A stretch of 63,937 nt of DNA, the filler included, from Craspedostauros australis (taxonomy: Eukaryota), in the NCBI GenBank assembly GCA_030167865.1. It is 5 parts of 5 records of this genome, joined end to end, with 100 filler letters (N's around TTAATTAATTAA, not from the genome) between each part and the next. Parts side by side here need not be neighbours in the genome. Positions count along the whole stretch, not along the records: positions 45,795 to 60,557 come from JALAGF010005646.1; positions 60,658 to 62,292 come from JALAGF010005652.1; positions 62,393 to 63,937 come from JALAGF010005661.1; 2 more parts are not named here. The stretch is one strand, 5' to 3'. This document shows, in pieces, positions 59,405 to 63,937 of the stretch. The number at the start of each line of letters is the position of its first letter. Position 1 is the stretch's first letter. The position numbers were made by a program, and so were the translations under genes. The notes under the pieces were generated by a model. It made no database searches. It saw nothing but the letters and a program-made list of their open reading frames with translations, and was not told where the DNA came from.

Positions 59405-59762
59405 GCTGGCGAACTCACGACACGGACAGAACAATCACGGCAACTAGCAGCATAACACAAACACTATTTAGGTACCTTGTACAACGCACACCAACACGTC
59501 TTGCGCCTTCTCGTTTCCCTCTTCGTTATTGTCGCAGGCGCGCAATGATAAAACCTGTCAACCTCCACGAAAACGAACAAACGGTATTGGGCTCTACTTA
59601 ACATGTACATGATTGAGACGTGTGGTGTTTTGCAGGATAAGTAACTTGACTAGAGCATGTGGCTTGTGATCGCCTTATGTTGGGCTACAGTCGTGTCTCA
59701 TTGCAGATACTGTGACACTAAATTGATGGGTCTGCATGTGTGTCTGTTGGTGCGATTGGAGA

Positions 59763-60185
59763 CTACTTCATCGCCCCGTCGTGCTTGATCGGCAAATCGC
59801 TCTTGTCGACAGTGCGATACTCCGCGTCATCACCAAGAGCATGGAGTTTTTTGCCTTCTGTCGTCAACTTATCGAAGAACACAGCATTGATGTGGGGAAT
59901 GTCATGATCAGAAAACACGTTGCACTCGCAAAGCGCACGCGCAAGTTTGTCCATCATTTTATCAATGTCTGGATGCTGTTGCAACACAGCTTCGGCGAGG
60001 TTCGCGGGTGCCTTGCGGCGCCTCACGTTGTCCTTGTTCAGCTTGGTTTCCTTCAGCGATCCATCATCCATCTTCACGATCACAGGACGCTGGCACTTTG
60101 TTGGCTTCTTGTCCACATTCACCCAGCCAATGTGACCCTTGTACTTTCCTCCAGTGATGGCGATGAGCTTTCCCTTCGTGCCCAT
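59763..60185 (-). CDS. Small unknown protein with a KOW/SH3-like N-terminus
   Basis: 140-aa ATG-started ORF. 'GKLIAITGGKYKGHIGWV' resembles the KOW motif and is followed by a helical C-terminal half. Confidence 0.7.
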   Translation of the reverse strand: MGTKGKLIAITGGKYKGHIGWVNVDKKPTKCQRPVIVKMDDGSLKETKLNKDNVRRRKAPANLAEAVLQQHPDIDKMMDKLARALCECNVFSDHDIPHINAVFFDKLTTEGKKLHALGDDAEYRTVDKSDLPIKHDGAMK

Positions 60186-63100
60186 GGTGATGCTGCAATT
60201 GATGCTGCTGTTGTTGTTGTGGTGTTGGTGTTGGTGTTGTGATCTGATGAGTGATGTTGTGGGCTTGTCGTTGGATGTGTTGGTTGATCAATCAGCGAAC
60301 ATCGGAAACGCCAGTACCAGCGCTCGCTGTGTTCTCCTTTCTGCCGTGGTGCTTCACGACAACGCAACACGAAACTGTTTCGTCATTTTCGCGTGTCTGG
60401 GTCCAGTCGCCAAATCACGACCATCATTCACATCGACAAACAAAGCACTCTCATTTTGCGTGAAAATACTTCTTGGTTCTGAGCACATGCCATCACTATT
60501 CGCTAACTGGGCCTCGATCCATGACTGTTGTGTCGCCAAGTCGTTGTGCCGTGTTTGNNNNNNNNNNNNNNNNNNNNNNNNNNNNNNNNNNNNNNNNNNN
60601 NTTAATTAATTAANNNNNNNNNNNNNNNNNNNNNNNNNNNNNNNNNNNNNNNNNNNNTGATGATACAGCCCACTTATGCATATGACCAGAATGAAGAACA
60701 CACGAACAACACCTGAGCCCATTGACATCGTGGTCATGGTTCCCAAGGAAAGAGATCCTACTTTCAGTGAAGTCTGATCTTGCTTCAGCAACTTACTAAC
60801 CTGTGCTCCTGCATTGCTTGCCAACATTCCAGCCCCACTCATGCAAACATTGCATAGAAGTGGTCATGGTCATTTTGTTGTCTGAGCAGCTCTGAGCTTG
60901 GTGAACAAGAGGAGACATTGAGTGCATTCTTGTGCGGTACATCGAGTAAAACCAGCAAAACTCGAATGTGATGAAGATGCAAACATTCTTCATCTCATAA
61001 AAACACAAAGCTTACAACTTAATACTAAAACTCAATCAACAACCACATCAGAGCACAAAACAAACAACCATAGCCACAACCTCCATCAGTACAGCTTGGA
61101 CATCAAACGGTGAAAACCGGTCACAAGCACTGAGGGGAGCGTATCAACCATTTCGTCTGTCTTCGTCACGTCAAAAACAACAACAAAACAAAAATCATAC
61201 AAGTGGCAAAGACATCGATTCCGCCCATCACTGACCACTGCGCCACGGAGCGAGCAGCACTGTCGGACCCAACAAGAATACTACGTTTCAAAACGGCTAA
61301 CTTCAACTATACGATACCATCCTGTGTGTCCCTACGACAGGTTTTTATCATCAATGCGTTCCGTCCCTCCCTTCTGTTCGTGGATGTCTTCCCGCAATTC
61401 TGTATCGTGACGTCACATCAGGCGTTNNNNNNNNNNNNNNNNNNNNNNNNNNNNNNNNNNNNNNNNNNNNNNNNNNNNNNNNNNNNNNNNNNNNNNNNNN
61501 NNNNNNNNNNNNNNNNNNNNNNNNNNNNNNNNNNNNNNNNNNNNNNNNNNNATTTGTTGTGTTCAACTTTTGCAAACTCGCTTGTTGGCAGGCGTACTTC
61601 CGTATGATGACAGACGCTGATGGAGGCACACCGGCTGCTACAGAGATCATCACATCTCCGATACTCTAAATCCGCCAATAGTACCAAATCATACACACCA
61701 CACTCACACAATATTGACAGGTGNNNNNNNNNNNNNNNNNNNNNNNNNNNNNNNNNNNNNNNNNNNNNNNNNNCGTTCCGTCCCTCCCTTCTGTTCGTGG
61801 ATGTCTTCCCGCAATTCTGTATCGTGACGTCACATCAGGCGTTCGAAAGCGTTCATATTCATGTATTTTTCTTGTTTTGGATGATGTAGGCGGCAGAGGT
61901 ATGCCAAAATGCAGATTCTGACAGTGCGAATTGGTCGAAGTTAGCGTATTTTGCGTATTTTTAGCTGAATTTGTTGTGTTCAACTTTTGCAAACTCGCTT
62001 GTTGGCAGGCGTACTTCCGTATGATGACAGACGCTGATGGAGGCACACCGGCTGCNACAGAGATCATCACATCTNCGATACTCTAAATCCGCCAATAGTA
62101 CCAAATCATACACACCACACTCACACAATATTGACAGGTGATGGCCTTTTCATGCTTCACACGAGTCTTTCCTTTCTTCCTCTCTTCCTACGTGCTCCGG
62201 GATGTCATATTCTGTTACATTCACAGTATCTTCCCTCAACCTCTTTGCCCCATACTCTCTGTTCTTGCTTCCTTCTTCCTTTCATCATGGCTNNNNNNNN
62301 NNNNNNNNNNNNNNNNNNNNNNNNNNNNNNNNNNNNTTAATTAATTAANNNNNNNNNNNNNNNNNNNNNNNNNNNNNNNNNNNNNNNNNNNNACTCCTCG
62401 TCCTCACAATCGATCGGCGGTCTGTCGTCAATGCGCATCGGGTGTGGTGACTTCGATCACCGTTTGCTCGGTGATGAAAGAGAATGGATCGGTCTGCTGA
62501 CGGTCGACGCATGTATCGATGCAGGATGATGGCTGGACTGCTCATCTGTGAGGTTGGTAAGGGTCGTCTGCAATGTTGCGACGGTGGCATCATCGATGAG
62601 AGATGAGTTGCGCATGGATCTGTTCGTCTGCTCTTCTTGTCTTGCGCGTAGGAATCGAAGCTGTGTGTGCGCGAGTATTGGAATGTGTACACTTCATTGT
62701 TGTCATTCNNNNNNNNNNNNNNNNNNNNNNNNNNNNNNNNNNNNNNNNNNNNNNNNNNNNNNNNNNNNNNNNNNNNNNNNNNACTCTCCAAGTATCGCAT
62801 GCGTTCTTTGGCTGCTGCCAGTCTGTCTGCAATGCGGCCGTCTTCTTGGGATCGATGGGCGGTTGCTGTGTGGTTGCAAGCTGATGGCCGTGGCGGAGGT
62901 TGATGACTCCTGCAGTTGATCTTGTCGTAGCTGCTCGTGTGGATGCTTGCGTGGTTGGCAGCTGGAGGTGTTACCAACGAGCCTGCATCCTCCATCGAAG
63001 CCGTAGGCGGAGTCCGCAGGTGAAGCCTTTCCCAGAGTGGACGTTGGGTGTCATGTGTGGCGATCCATGATAGCTTCGGCTGCTGCTGCTGCTGCTGCTG

Positions 63101-63937
63101 CTGCTGATCGTCGTGGAGGTGTCGTCGCCCTTGTTGGTTGGATGGGCCATGGCGGTGTGAGCATAGTGCAATGGGCGCGAGACGAAGTGTTTGATGGAGG
63201 AGGTGCCTTCATGGAGATCGACCATGGCCTCATCATCGGGTGCATCGATGTTCACGATGCTACTCGCATGCCGCTCGCACGTTGGTTGTGTTGGATGTGC
63301 AAGGAAATGGTTTTCTCGCTCGTGGTAATTTGTGGTTGTTGGTCGGCATCCGCCAAATTCCAACCAAGTTGCCAACGCAACAAGATCCACAACCAGAACA
63401 AACCACTGAATTTTGGTGGGGCTCGCCTTTGAACGAATCAATCGCCAAAGAAATCACTTTTTCTGTGGTGTGGCAACACAGACACGTTCGTCCCCGCAGT
63501 TGGTTTGTCGGACCGAACAAAAGCACAGTGGCACTGGAGGTGTTTGCGTGGCTCATAATTTCATAATATCGGCTTCTAAGCCAATCAGATCACTCCATTA
63601 TGAACACAAGATACCTTTCGAACAGGGGGTGACCANNNNNNNNNNNNNNNNNNNNNNNNNNNNNNNNNNNNNNNNNNNNNNNNNNNNNNNNNNNNNNNNN
63701 NNNNNNNNNNNNNNNNNNNNNNNNNNNNNNNNNNNNNNNNNNNNNTCTCATCTCGTGCCTTGCTCTCAAATCGCTCCTCCAACGGTAATTTCGAGTTGAT
63801 GTGATTTCTTCCCTCACAAGCGTTGGCATCAGTTTTTATCGACCTCTGTCGTGCAAGTATCGTCACGCGACCCTCCACTTCCTCCCTTGCATGCACCATC
63901 AATCTGTGTCGATTGTCCATCTCCTTTCATGCACGTC

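Noticed and set aside
61337..62140. Repeated blocks around gaps
   Set aside because: Near-identical overlaps adjacent to N runs; most likely a scaffolding artefact.

Overview
Eukaryotic nuclear DNA, most likely from a pennate diatom. The evidence is GT-AG introns, a DUF6824-type protein, RXL and PS/PT motifs, SERRATE and NF-YA. It is a draft scaffold with N gaps, false duplications beside gaps, and four artificial N-TTAATTAATTAA-N contig linkers. A gene-dense core (about 10-41 kb) carries intact genes: an ABCG transporter, a DUF2358-like protein, an alpha/beta-hydrolase, an MBD4-like glycosylase, a GT47/RXYLT1-like transferase, a DnaJ protein, a membrane protein with two PI-PLC-like domains, SERRATE/Ars2 and NF-YA. 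The flanks are repeat-rich. They hold a family of ~2.3-kb non-coding foldback (Mutator-like) elements built from ~181-bp subrepeats, one with a perfect 9-bp TSD. They also hold two candidate LTRs and two paralogous Cys-rich ankyrin genes, one ending in BTB, whose repeats vary at binding-face positions. Several genes there are broken by TAG/TGA codons that a single C>T change would explain, including seipin. Finally there is a compact cluster of small unknown genes next to a 20-bp tandem array, which may be an undescribed multi-gene mobile element. All family calls are from motif recognition; no searches were run.
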